Notes under the pieces: generated by a model
What the model was told of the DNA's origin: nothing
Seen by the model: the letters and a program-made list of their open reading frames with translations, nothing else
Database searches by the model: none
Translations under genes and position numbers: made by a program
Shown here: positions 1 to 9,833 of the stretch, piece after piece
How the letters are laid out: each line of letters starts with the position of its first letter
Numbering within the stretch: position 1 is the first letter of the stretch
Assembly: GCA_964019335.1 (NCBI GenBank)
Contig: OZ025698.1
Coordinates: 310,001 to 374,000 of the forward strand
Reading direction: 5' to 3'
Origin: Diplonema japonicum
Taxonomy: Eukaryota > Protista > Euglenozoa: Diplonemea
DNA: 64,000 nt

Positions 1-1
1 A

Positions 2-1093
2 AGGCAGAGCAACCCGCGACAAAGCAGACGGAGAGAGGAACAGCCAGAACAGCCGAAGGAGGTAGAGTGCGGGGAGTGTGGGGGCATGACGGACAAAAAG
101 AAGTCCCATTGTATGGTGTGCAAGCTGCCGTACGTAGCAGCGATTCCTGCAGACTTCGACTGCGGTGAGCTAGGAGAAGCACCGGAGCTAAGCACAGCAG
201 AGGTACAGATAGCCACTGCAACTCCGAGACAAAACGAGATATATGTACCAAGTGTATCGCAACCTATAAGGGAAAAGGCACCATCTCCCGTACCAACGCC
301 AGCACCGATACCTAGGATATTAACCCCTACACCGACACCAGTCGTAGTGTCCACTTCATCACCAAGCCCACCCCCTGTTGTGCCTCAAATAGCAAAAGCA
401 ACCCCTGTCCCCATTGTCCCAACCTCAACATCGCAAGATTACACTGCTAATGACGATATCTATGTACCGAGCCCTGTGGTGATGCCACCGGTGCAAAGTG
501 TTCAGACGGCAAAGATTACTCCGAGTAAACAGGTGGAGCTGTCGTTTCCAACAAGTACCCCGCCTGCCAAAAGGCCTCGTCCGGACACCGCTTCAGCTGG
601 TGTCAAGATTCGCCCTTCTGGTCTGTGGCAGGTCCACGTGACAGGGTTTCCGCATCACATTCTCGACATCAACGAGGCGAAGCAGGTGTTCCCCAAGGCA
701 ACGTGTACCATTGCTGACGAGCCGAATACGGGGTTTATAGATTTCAAGAACCCGTTTGAAATGCGGGAGGCGATGGAAACCCCTGTAGCGGGGCTGTGCG
801 TGACGCGCTCGTGGAGGACCTCCAACGACACAAGGGTGTATTATGAGCTTATTGGCGCGCCTCGTCCTGACGCCTCCACTCTGCGTAAAGAGCTGCAGCC
901 TGTCAATCTCGACACGTCTAACAGGCTCCTCACCTTCAGCACTCCTGTAGACGCGCGCATGGCGGTGGCAAAGTTCAGCAGGCGGTCTCTCGAACATTAC
1001 CCGCGCTGCACCATAGAGTTCTCCCCTTACGACAGAGACATCCCTCCCACCGATGCCGAGTGCAGTCCGTACAGCACTAGTGTTACTGTGTAA
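2..1093 (+). CDS. 5'-partial protein: RanBP2-like C4 zinc finger, Pro/Thr-rich linker, two degenerate RRM-like domains
   Basis: Frame is open from base 2. It contains CGEC-x10-CMVC, a P/T-rich tract, then VHVTGFP...TGFIDF (RNP2/RNP1-like) and a second similar unit. The true start lies upstream of the window. Confidence 0.6.
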   Translation, partial: RQSNPRQSRRREEQPEQPKEVECGECGGMTDKKKSHCMVCKLPYVAAIPADFDCGELGEAPELSTAEVQIATATPRQNEIYVPSVSQPIREKAPSPVPTPAPIPRILTPTPTPVVVSTSSPSPPPVVPQIAKATPVPIVPTSTSQDYTANDDIYVPSPVVMPPVQSVQTAKITPSKQVELSFPTSTPPAKRPRPDTASAGVKIRPSGLWQVHVTGFPHHILDINEAKQVFPKATCTIADEPNTGFIDFKNPFEMREAMETPVAGLCVTRSWRTSNDTRVYYELIGAPRPDASTLRKELQPVNLDTSNRLLTFSTPVDARMAVAKFSRRSLEHYPRCTIEFSPYDRDIPPTDAECSPYSTSVTV

Positions 1094-1239
1094 AGAAAGG
1101 CGGGGCTTTTTTTTTTTTTTTCGTAAATTCAGAAAGTCAGTTCATTTTTTTTCTTTTTTAGAGGCTGTCCTCAAGTGAGAATGTCTTTTTTTTACTTTTA
1201 TTGGTTTTCTGTTTTTCTTCTTCTTTTTATTTTCTTATT

Positions 1240-1650
1240 TTGTTGCTTGCTGTCTCAGCTGTTTAGGTGATGGAAGCATCCGGCACGAGCCATAAGGCCT
1301 TGCACTGTCCCTTCGACCGTCGCATGTCTTTGTCCATCATGTCGGCCGGTGATATGTTCCAGGATGTAGCAATGTCAATTTGTAGAGGTGGTGGGGCTTC
1401 CGAGCTCGGTGGTTTTCGACCACGGGTTGGTGCGTAGTAGCCCTGAGGACTGTCTGGTCTCTCGGGTGATCCTCCGCGTCGTGAGCTAACTGTGGTATTT
1501 TATTTTGTGGGCAACGCAGGCATATCGAAGCCGTAGATTACGGGGATGCCAACCGGTGCTAATGGCACTCAAAACAGAGTATGAGGTTTCCGTGGGAGGT
1601 GGGCTAAGGCCTCCACATCGGTTTCTGTTTTAAACTTGCACCACTTTCCA
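1240..1650 (-). mobile_element. possible heavily decayed non-LTR retroelement (RT C-terminal) fragment
   Basis: Minus-strand broken translation VLSAISTGWHPRNLRLRYACVAHKIKY...SGLLRTNP resembles the post-RT segment of ingi/I-like LINEs. It has several stops and frameshifts. Confidence 0.25.
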
Positions 1651-1658
1651 AGGCAGGG

Positions 1659-3251
1659 ATGGAGAAATGGCGACACACCACGTGCACAGTGACGCAAGAG
1701 TTTGTAGACAACGGACACAGCTTGGGGATCGTGAGGGGGCGGTACCGTGCAGGGGTCGCACACAAAGATGGGAAAAGCCTGGTGGGGGTAACAGGAGTGG
1801 TGGTTGGTGATGGGAAGCTGTTGGTACCAAGCAGCGTGCTGGGGTGGGGTGTGTGCAAGGGAGAGGTTTTTGTAGTAGCAGTCGACGGCAGGAAACAAAA
1901 AGCGAGGGTTCTAGACGTGCTTGCTGAAGAAGAGCAAAACTGGGAATCGCAGCGACCAAAGAGAGATCTGTCAAAGATCAGTTTACACGATCCTGCGAGC
2001 CGCCTGTGGCCGCGGTGGGAAGTTACTACGCGAAGCCCGCAACGCACCTTGCACTGCGTGTTGTCATGGGTGCTCCTTGGGACCCCCACCCCGTCCCTCA
2101 CTCCCATCGACTGCATTCAGTCACATGTTACACCTGACGAGCCTGTCACCTCCATTGCATACCCCTACTCTGCAGCTACTACCGTTCTCGGTGCCATCAC
2201 AACCCCTGGGAAGGTTGTCGCAGTGTTCTCCGCATCCCACGCCACGCACACCCTTCCCTGCCACCCCTCATCGGAAGGCGGCCTTGTTATTGGCTCTTCG
2301 GGGTACCCTTGCGGCGTGATGCTGCCCTTCACCGCCGCCATGCGGTGTCTGCCGTCGCTGTTGCGTGTTGTTCCCCGCCAGGTACCTCCTAAAAAGAGTG
2401 TTGTCCCGGCGCTGCTTCGTGCTCCCCTCCCAGACGGGGCTGTGGCGTTGGTGCGGTGTGCGTCTGGGAAATGGGGCAGTGCGGTGTCCCTTGGCGGCGG
2501 CAGGTTCCTCACAAATGCACATGTAGTTAAAGGAGAAGGAGACGACGTCGGCGTGAAGGTACAGGGGGTGGTGCACCCAGGACGTGTTGAATTCATATCG
2601 AAGGGGAGCATGGATGTGGCAATGGTCGTGGTACCAGAGTGCAAAGGTGTACCGGGAGTCGACTTGGGGACACCACGCGTGGGGCAGAGAGTGACCGTGG
2701 TGGGGTTCCCATCCGGGGGCGACATCAGCATGACACATGGTGCAGTCATCGGTTTGCTCGACACGTGCGTTGTTGTGTCTGCTGCTGTGAGACCAGGCGC
2801 CAGTGGTGGGTTGCTGATGTCTGCTGAGTCAGGGGAGATGCTTGGGATGGCCACAGCGTGTGTGTGGGATTCCACTCTGGAGGTCCTTGTGCCGAGTATC
2901 GGGATGTGTCTGTCCCCTTCTGCGTTGGCCCCCTTTTTTTCCCGTCCGTATCCTTCCCTAGACCGTCTCAGCGCCTGCTACAATGCCATCGACCACACGA
3001 CCGACCGTACTTGGCAGCTCTCCTCCACGTCAGATCCTGCCACAGACACGCTGCTTCGGTTGCATCTTCAAATAGAGGCACTCCGTAGCGGCACCTCTTC
3101 GCCATTGCTCCCCCCTGGAGAACCTGGTGCGCTTCTTCATAACTTTATTTCCTCTACATCTGTTGCCCTTCCTCCCAAGCCTGAGGAACCTTCGTACGAA
3201 TTGACACACACCAATCCGAACTCGCCAGCCTTTCGATGCGCCAAACTGTGA
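1659..3251 (+). CDS. DEG15/TYSND1-like peroxisomal processing serine protease (trypsin-like)
   Basis: Catalytic triad motifs GSAVSL...FLTNAHVV, DVAMV and PGASGG. A degenerate first trypsin-like domain (PSSEGGLV) and a C-terminal PTS1 tripeptide AKL are present. Confidence 0.8.
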   Translation: MEKWRHTTCTVTQEFVDNGHSLGIVRGRYRAGVAHKDGKSLVGVTGVVVGDGKLLVPSSVLGWGVCKGEVFVVAVDGRKQKARVLDVLAEEEQNWESQRPKRDLSKISLHDPASRLWPRWEVTTRSPQRTLHCVLSWVLLGTPTPSLTPIDCIQSHVTPDEPVTSIAYPYSAATTVLGAITTPGKVVAVFSASHATHTLPCHPSSEGGLVIGSSGYPCGVMLPFTAAMRCLPSLLRVVPRQVPPKKSVVPALLRAPLPDGAVALVRCASGKWGSAVSLGGGRFLTNAHVVKGEGDDVGVKVQGVVHPGRVEFISKGSMDVAMVVVPECKGVPGVDLGTPRVGQRVTVVGFPSGGDISMTHGAVIGLLDTCVVVSAAVRPGASGGLLMSAESGEMLGMATACVWDSTLEVLVPSIGMCLSPSALAPFFSRPYPSLDRLSACYNAIDHTTDRTWQLSSTSDPATDTLLRLHLQIEALRSGTSSPLLPPGEPGALLHNFISSTSVALPPKPEEPSYELTHTNPNSPAFRCAKL

Positions 3252-3339
3252 TTTGCGAACCGGCTATCTTTATTTGACAGCTTTTCCTTTCCCGTCCAAA
3301 CACACAGCAAAGACCCCCAACCAAGATAACACAATACAA

Positions 3340-3730
3340 CATGGGCAGAAGGGAACATAACACAGCGGACGGCTCTTGCGCACCGTCATGGCCCAACAAG
3401 ATGGATACGCTGACGCGTCGCCTTGCTGTTGAGGCACGGCGCGGATGTCCTTGAGGAATGTCTGTGGTGACATCGTCCCCTCGAGCGCGGTGTGGAATGT
3501 TTCAAGAAACAGCAGACACCACTGCATATCACAGCCTCCAAAGGCCATCTCAAGACAGTATCCCTCCTATTGAAGAGCGGTGTGATGTCCTCGTGCAGGA
3601 AACCCGCTCTAGACCTACTGTTAACAAGGAAACGACCTGTGTGAGACATAACAAAAAACAACTTGAAACGGGAACTATTCAATATTTGGTACGTCGTTGA
3701 GGTGGACCCCAGTGTCGTGAACAAGGGCTC
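3340..3730 (+). pseudogene. ankyrin-repeat pseudogene fragment
   Basis: Broken frame gives VALLLRHGADV and QTPLHITASKGHLKTVSLLLKSG, with in-frame stops and frameshifts. It lies immediately upstream of an intact ankyrin gene. Confidence 0.55.
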
Positions 3731-3918
3731 GCGCCTTTCCGTTACGCGGGACATGGATAGCCACAACTCATGCTCGCACCAACACAGCTTGTTCCTCCTC
3801 GCTGTTCGCCCTGTAAAAGAGTACAAACTGTGGAAAAAGTTTATTCATAAATATCCTCTGCTTCTACTTGAGAAGAATTCAGGGGGGGGGGGCAAACATC
3901 TCAACAAGAAAGAAACAA

Positions 3919-4536
3919 ATGTCTCACTCTGTGGAGCCTCAGAAAAACAAACAACGAAAAGAAAACAAGCAAGAGGAGGGCTTCGGGCAAACATCCCTTG
4001 TCACTGCTGCTCCCTACGCTCCTCCTTCGATGTCTCCGTCTGAGGGGGTTGAGGCCCTGCACTGCGCTGCTGGGAAAGGCAACCTAGACGAGATGGGGTA
4101 TCTTGTTCGGGAGCACGGTGTTGACCCTGGTGCAAGGGATGACAGGGGCAACACAGCCCTTCATGTTGCAGCGGAACACAATCGCCTCGAAGCTGTGGCT
4201 CTTCTCATCGCTTCTCATGGGCAGGACCCGGGTGGTAGGTCCAAGAATGGTGAGGTCCCTCTCCACAACGCCGCATTCAATGGAAACATAGAAATTATTA
4301 AGTATTTCGTCAATGTTCTTAAACAAGACCCCAATGTCAAGGACAACGGCGGTGGGACGCCCCTCCATTGGGCAACATTCTATGGGCAAACGGAAACCGT
4401 TCAGTATTTGGTAGAGGTTCTTAAAGTAGACCCCAGTGTCAAAGACAGCAACGGTGGGACGCCTCTCTATTACGCCGTAAACAGTAGGCACACGAAAATC
4501 ATTCAGTGCTTGGTCGGTATTCTTAAACATATTTGA
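3919..4536 (+). CDS. ankyrin-repeat protein
   Basis: About five ankyrin repeats (GNTALHVAA, GEVPLHNAA, GGTPLHWAT, GGTPLYYAV). ATG chosen at 3919 after an A-rich leader. Confidence 0.85.
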   Translation: MSHSVEPQKNKQRKENKQEEGFGQTSLVTAAPYAPPSMSPSEGVEALHCAAGKGNLDEMGYLVREHGVDPGARDDRGNTALHVAAEHNRLEAVALLIASHGQDPGGRSKNGEVPLHNAAFNGNIEIIKYFVNVLKQDPNVKDNGGGTPLHWATFYGQTETVQYLVEVLKVDPSVKDSNGGTPLYYAVNSRHTKIIQCLVGILKHI

Positions 4537-5116
4537 AGCTTTTCGATTCGGCAGGTGAGTTGTTACGGTCTGATGAGAGTCCCTCATCCCGTTACACGAA
4601 CGATGAGGTGGTTTCACCAGGTCTGGCAAGTAGCCACTCCGCAGCCTTGTTTCGGTGAAGCATGCCTCCCATTTCATACTGCATGTTACCCCACTAAAAT
4701 CGAGACAAATTTCTTTGTCTGTGTTTTTTAAAAAAAAATTGTGGACAGAGCAGGTAACTTGGTAAAGTGCTTCGAGACACTTCCAACCCACCTAGTAGGC
4801 GTGGCTTAGAAAGTTGAAAAAAGGAAGCGAAAACAAGCAGGATCTAAAAACTAGAACCTTTTCATAAAAGGGTGGTCAGGACGAAGCTATAGAACCTGCC
4901 TTCCTCCACCCCCCGAATCGACAACTTGCTGTCTGGAGGGGGTTACGAAACTGGGCGGGAAATGGCAAGAAGAAAGGGAAAGACACTCTGAGGAAGGCAA
5001 CACAGCCGAAAAATAAAAGACCGCGGGGACCAGAACGGGGAAAGGGGCGGATAAGTACTCTCTTCCAAACAAGAACCTCCTCTATCTCATCATATCTCTT
5101 ATCTTATATTGTTAAT

Positions 5117-5159
5117 GTTGCACGCTTACCGCCACCTAGTGTTGCAATCAAAGCCCCAT
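5117..5159. repeat. 43-bp dispersed repeat, copy 1
   Basis: GTTGCACGCTTACCGCCACCTAGTGTTGCAATCAAAGCCCCAT is 42/43 identical to 60744-60786. Confidence 0.85.
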
Positions 5160-5247
5160 ATATTTTAGGGACGGTTAAAACGTTATTCTTCTTTTCTTTA
5201 CAACACGTTTCACGTTTCTGATTGCCTACAGGGCATCCTCTCGTCAT

Positions 5248-7869
5248 ATGGAAGTAGTGCTTCAGTCTGTTGACAAGACTTCTCATGTAGTGGAGATTGG
5301 CTCAAACTGGCAGGTAGAGGACCTCAGGAAAGCAGCGGCAGTGGCTATAGAAGGAGAAGTCGATGTCTTGCTCCTTGTAATTAGTGGGGTCGAGTATGGT
5401 AAATCAGAGAACGGTGTGATGCTTGCGGACCTTGGGGTGATACAAGGGGAAACAATAGAGATAAGATACGACAAAAAGCAGGCTGCACTTTCTAGACTGG
5501 CTGCTAGTGAAATCTGTGCCACGTACTATTCGTTGCTGTGCGCGGTCCAGTGTGGTAACACGCAGCAGGCGCTCGACCTCATCGAGGTCGGGGTAAAACG
5601 ATATCAGGAGGACACACCTGTCCTCCTTGCTGTACGGCTCCATCGGTCAAACGTCGCCCTTGCCATTCTCTGTGAATTTGCCGAGACTCACCGTTACTTC
5701 TTTACTCCGGGTGTCCTTGGGCTTGCGATCAAACAGGGAAATGTTAGCATCATGGAATGCTTTTTTTCCCGCGGCTTGTACCAACTTCCCAAACGCTTCA
5801 ACCCCTACACCCAGGCTTGCACTTGTAGGGGGGCTTCCGAGCCTTGGGAGTCTATCTACAGCCTGCTCATGGAACACAAGGTACTGCATGGCAAGCATTC
5901 CGCAGTCGTCAATACCATCAACGAGCTGGCATATCCTGACTACACGCAAAAGCTGCGCGTCTTCCTTGCTGGCTTCGAACATAGTGTTCCATTGCAATGC
6001 CTCACCCATGCCCTGCTCGTTGACCCTATTGCCGCAGAGCTCATTTTAGACCACGGGGTCGAGTTGAAGACCTTCCGTTCTGTCAGCGATCTATTGGGAA
6101 CACACCACCATCTCGCTGGGAAGGTGGCGAAGGTCATTAGAGGAATCCATAAAGGCTTCGGGATCCCCGCGAAGAGGTTGAACAGGTGCATGCAGTTGGC
6201 CGCGACTGTGGAAGAGCTCTCTGCGTTGGTAGAAGCAGGGGGTGACCCCTACGTGGGTCTGTGCCACTGCAAGGATGTTGTGACAGCAAGGTGGTTGATT
6301 GAGAGCTGCCATGTCGCTGTGCGGTGCTCTGCACCGCTTCTGAACGCGTGCCACGTGGGGTGCCTCGGGCTCGTGCAGCTCCTTGTGCGGCACGGTGCCG
6401 ATGTGAACGCACTGGGGGAAGGGGGCTCATCCCCCACCATCGCCGCCTGCAGGCACGGGTGGCTAGACGTTGTCCGGTACCTGGTTGAAGAGTGCGGTGC
6501 CAACCACCTCCATCGTACTCCTGCGGGTTTCAACGCAGCGAGCGCAGCTGCAGCATCGGGGCATCTCGACATAGTGCAGTATCTTGTGAACCACAACGTC
6601 TCTGACGCCGCACCCCTTCCCAACGGAATGAACCTCGTGCACATCAACGCTAGGGCAGGCATATGCTTTTTACCTGTGGAGCTGTGCACCTTGACCGGGA
6701 GTCACCTCTTGGATACGGATAACTTAGGAAGGGATGTGTTCATGTACGCGGGGATAGGCGCTGCAGAGGTTACGAAAGAGCTGGTCAACCAGTGCTTGGT
6801 GGACCGCAAGTGCAAGAAGGGGTGGACCGCCTTGGGCTACGCCCTGCTCACAGGAAAAACATGCTATATCTCTTTGCTACTTGACGCTGAGCGCTCTTAC
6901 ACCATCGACACTGCATTCCCACATCCACATGACTGTTCTGAAAATGTCATCAGCGCGTTCTTGAAGCGCAAGGAATGGGACGCGCGTCTGTACACCCGGC
7001 TGAAGGCATGCGGGGCGCAGCTACACGGGATGCACACTCTGCGAGCGATTGTTGAGAACCGAAAGGCCTGCAAGGATGCCGTCCTTACTGTTTTTGCCGA
7101 TGTACAGCCGACACTGAGTGATGATGAGTGTATTGGATTCTACCACGAACTGGCAGCAAGCCATCCAGCTATCCTTTTTTGCATATTCCAAACCCACCCC
7201 AACCTTTTCCCGCTGTTTCCAACGTTAGAAAAGTTGAACGGTCGATCTTTCTGGAAGGTCCTGGCCGAGAACAAGGAAGCGTCGGCAAGTGTAATTCGAA
7301 ATTTCGTCGCTCTTGCAACCGAGAAAGACAAAAGAGCTCTCTTCAAACAGGACAGCGATGGTGTGAGCGTGTTCAGAACGTTGTTGAATGCAGGCATCCT
7401 AGTTGGAACGACCGACTGTTCTGGAGAGGTGGTTGAGGAGATTCACGAATTTCTTCAAAGCGGTGGGAGGTTGTCTGAAAGAGTCTCCGCGTCTCTCATA
7501 GACTCAAAGCTTTTTAACCAACTGAACGAGGATGACCAGCTACTGGTGCTCCGAGCAAACTTTCATGTCGGGTTCTTCAACGTCAGCAACGTGGCGCGTC
7601 ACGTTGCTGACCAGGCCCTTGCCGAGGCCGTTTCCAGCGGTCGTACCCAAGCCGTCCTGAGCCTGGTAAAAAGTTGCAAACCCCGACCTGTTTTCGCTGG
7701 TTCCGTGATGTTGCCGGTTGTCAATAAACGCAACAAGAAAATCTGGGTGGGGCTGTCCCAGGTTGTCACTGACCGAAAAGCGTACCTCGCGAGAGTTGTC
7801 GAGTATTATGAAGGTGTCTCTCCGAGATCTGCGAAGTATTACAAGCGGCTCAGGGACAATACTTCTTAG
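5248..7869 (+). CDS. ubiquitin-like domain plus ankyrin-repeat protein
   Basis: N-terminal Ubl-like fold (MEVVLQ...LADLGVIQGETIEI) and ankyrin repeats (PLLNACHVG, GSSPTIAACRHG, GWTALGYA). Confidence 0.8.
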   Translation: MEVVLQSVDKTSHVVEIGSNWQVEDLRKAAAVAIEGEVDVLLLVISGVEYGKSENGVMLADLGVIQGETIEIRYDKKQAALSRLAASEICATYYSLLCAVQCGNTQQALDLIEVGVKRYQEDTPVLLAVRLHRSNVALAILCEFAETHRYFFTPGVLGLAIKQGNVSIMECFFSRGLYQLPKRFNPYTQACTCRGASEPWESIYSLLMEHKVLHGKHSAVVNTINELAYPDYTQKLRVFLAGFEHSVPLQCLTHALLVDPIAAELILDHGVELKTFRSVSDLLGTHHHLAGKVAKVIRGIHKGFGIPAKRLNRCMQLAATVEELSALVEAGGDPYVGLCHCKDVVTARWLIESCHVAVRCSAPLLNACHVGCLGLVQLLVRHGADVNALGEGGSSPTIAACRHGWLDVVRYLVEECGANHLHRTPAGFNAASAAAASGHLDIVQYLVNHNVSDAAPLPNGMNLVHINARAGICFLPVELCTLTGSHLLDTDNLGRDVFMYAGIGAAEVTKELVNQCLVDRKCKKGWTALGYALLTGKTCYISLLLDAERSYTIDTAFPHPHDCSENVISAFLKRKEWDARLYTRLKACGAQLHGMHTLRAIVENRKACKDAVLTVFADVQPTLSDDECIGFYHELAASHPAILFCIFQTHPNLFPLFPTLEKLNGRSFWKVLAENKEASASVIRNFVALATEKDKRALFKQDSDGVSVFRTLLNAGILVGTTDCSGEVVEEIHEFLQSGGRLSERVSASLIDSKLFNQLNEDDQLLVLRANFHVGFFNVSNVARHVADQALAEAVSSGRTQAVLSLVKSCKPRPVFAGSVMLPVVNKRNKKIWVGLSQVVTDRKAYLARVVEYYEGVSPRSAKYYKRLRDNTS

Positions 7870-8370
7870 GTTTCTCAAGGCAAGGCATGAAGCGGAAGAG
7901 AATGAACAACATGGCAAGTCGAAAAAGAAGTGGAATTTAACAAAAAGGAAACCTCCTGTAGTGTGAAAGAAAGAAAAGAAGAAAGCCCCCCCCCCCCCCC
8001 CCCTTGATAACGTGACAGGACGTGATTTTAAAAAAAGAAAGAGGGATACTGAGGTCCGGCAGTAAGCGTCTAGATGCGATTTCTTTTTTTTTTGCAAAAC
8101 ATCCACCCCCCCCCTTTTTTTGTCCTTTCGAGGAGTTGTTCTGCTTTCAACCCCCCCCCCCCCCCCTACCTAACCAACTTGCATGAGCAACAACAAAAAA
8201 AAACTACCCCAACCTTGTTTTTTTTTTTCCTCCTATTTTTTTTTTTTCCCCGCGCACCTACCGACCATTAGCTGTTTCTTAAATCAGTTCTTCAAAGAAA
8301 GGGGGAGAAGGGGGGGGGGGGGAGGCTATGTTATCAAACCCCGATCTGACGAATTAATTTATAAAAAAAA

Positions 8371-9522
8371 ATGTTGCGCCGCTGCTCGGTGCTAAAGTGC
8401 ACCGGCCGGGTGATCGACATCACTGTCCCCTCGGGGCTAGGCCAGGATGGGAAGACATACTACCACATGGAGGAAAAAGGCCAGCACAAGAAATTCAACG
8501 CGAGGAAGGAGCTGGCGAAGATCCGCGGCGAGCTCAAGATAAAGAGCAGGGGAGAGATGTTAGTGAATCTAGCCGAAGTCATATGGGGAACATGCAGCAC
8601 CGCATCATGGGAAGACAGCGCGGCGAACGTAACACACGAAATAAAAGGATGGGAGAGCCTGCCTGAAATAGCCATCATCGGGACAAGCTTCACGGGAAAA
8701 TCAACGCTGCTACGAGAACTTTTCGCACCAAGGAAACATATATCAGACAAGTCTAGCCTACCAGGGAACAAATCACAAATTAACTTCTTCCGTGTCGCGA
8801 ATTCCCTCCGCCTCCTCGAGACACCTGGCTACGGATACACCGCAGAAACGCTCAAAGTCCAGCATCAATGGCAAAACGCTGTTTTGTGCATGGTGAAGAC
8901 AAGGGTTAACCTGAAACACATTTACCTTCTCTGCAATATCAAGCCAAAAGGGTTCACTGAGCGCGATCGGTCCATGATAGAGTTCCTCACTCTGCATGGG
9001 GTTAATTTCACCATTGTCGTCACGCGTGCTGACAGATTTTTGTCGGGCTTTCACAACAACGGGCTTCTAGCCATGTCCGCAGAAGAACGATACGAGAAAA
9101 TGCTGAAATTTGTCCACGATCTCAAGAGGGAAGCCAACGCAGACAAAGCTTCAGTCATCATAACATCCGCGAAGGATGGACAAGGCTTGGGGCACCTTAT
9201 GTACGACTTCACCGCCCGAGCCTTCGACACCACACCTACAGAAGAATTGTTCATTGAAAACGTCACGCAAACAAGACGGCAGGAAGTTGTTGAACATGAA
9301 GGAGGGGAAGGGGGAGAGGACAATTTTACAAGCCTCATCAAACCGAGTACCTGGCTTCCTCCAGCGCATTTACCGGAAGGTTTTTTCTACTCCCATGCAC
9401 ATGCTGTTGCGCAGAGAGTCCCCAAGCGGGAATCGACAGCCATCGCAATGCTGACCCCCGAAGACGAGGCTGCGAGTGACAACTACCACCCGCTCAAGGG
9501 GAATCCTTTGCTCAAAAGGTTT

Positions 9523-9565
<43 letters not shown>

Positions 9566-9759
9566 CACAACAAACAAACCAAAGGTATTTTCCCACGCTT
9601 GCAGAGATATATCTGAGGCAGAACCATGCGGACCTGAACCCAACTGTGAAGCCTAAGGCGGAGGAGTATTTCGGGATGCCGCTCCCAACCAAGCTTCACA
9701 TGAAATACAGCACACCAGAAGAAAAGGAAAAATGGAGAAAGCTGCTTAACAAACCATGA
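8371..9759 (+). CDS. EngB/YihA-family GTPase-like protein, probably mitochondrial; predicted intron 9519-9584
   Basis: LPEIAIIGTSFTGKST (G1), QINFF, LLETPGYG (G3-like), VVTRAD (G4-like), TSAKDGQG (G5). MLRR- transit-peptide-like start. The poly-Phe stretch is explained by a 66-nt GT-AG intron. Confidence 0.75.
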
Positions 9760-9833
9760 AAACAACCTCTATTCTTTTTTTTTTTCCCCCTCCCCCTCAG
9801 TTTTAACACAACGCTTACAGGATACACACAGGG

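Noticed and set aside
4565-4630. CTGATGA plus hairpin suggesting a hammerhead ribozyme or C/D snoRNA
   Set aside because: No correctly placed GAAA core and no terminal CTGA D box. The downstream sequence looks like decayed ankyrin coding DNA.
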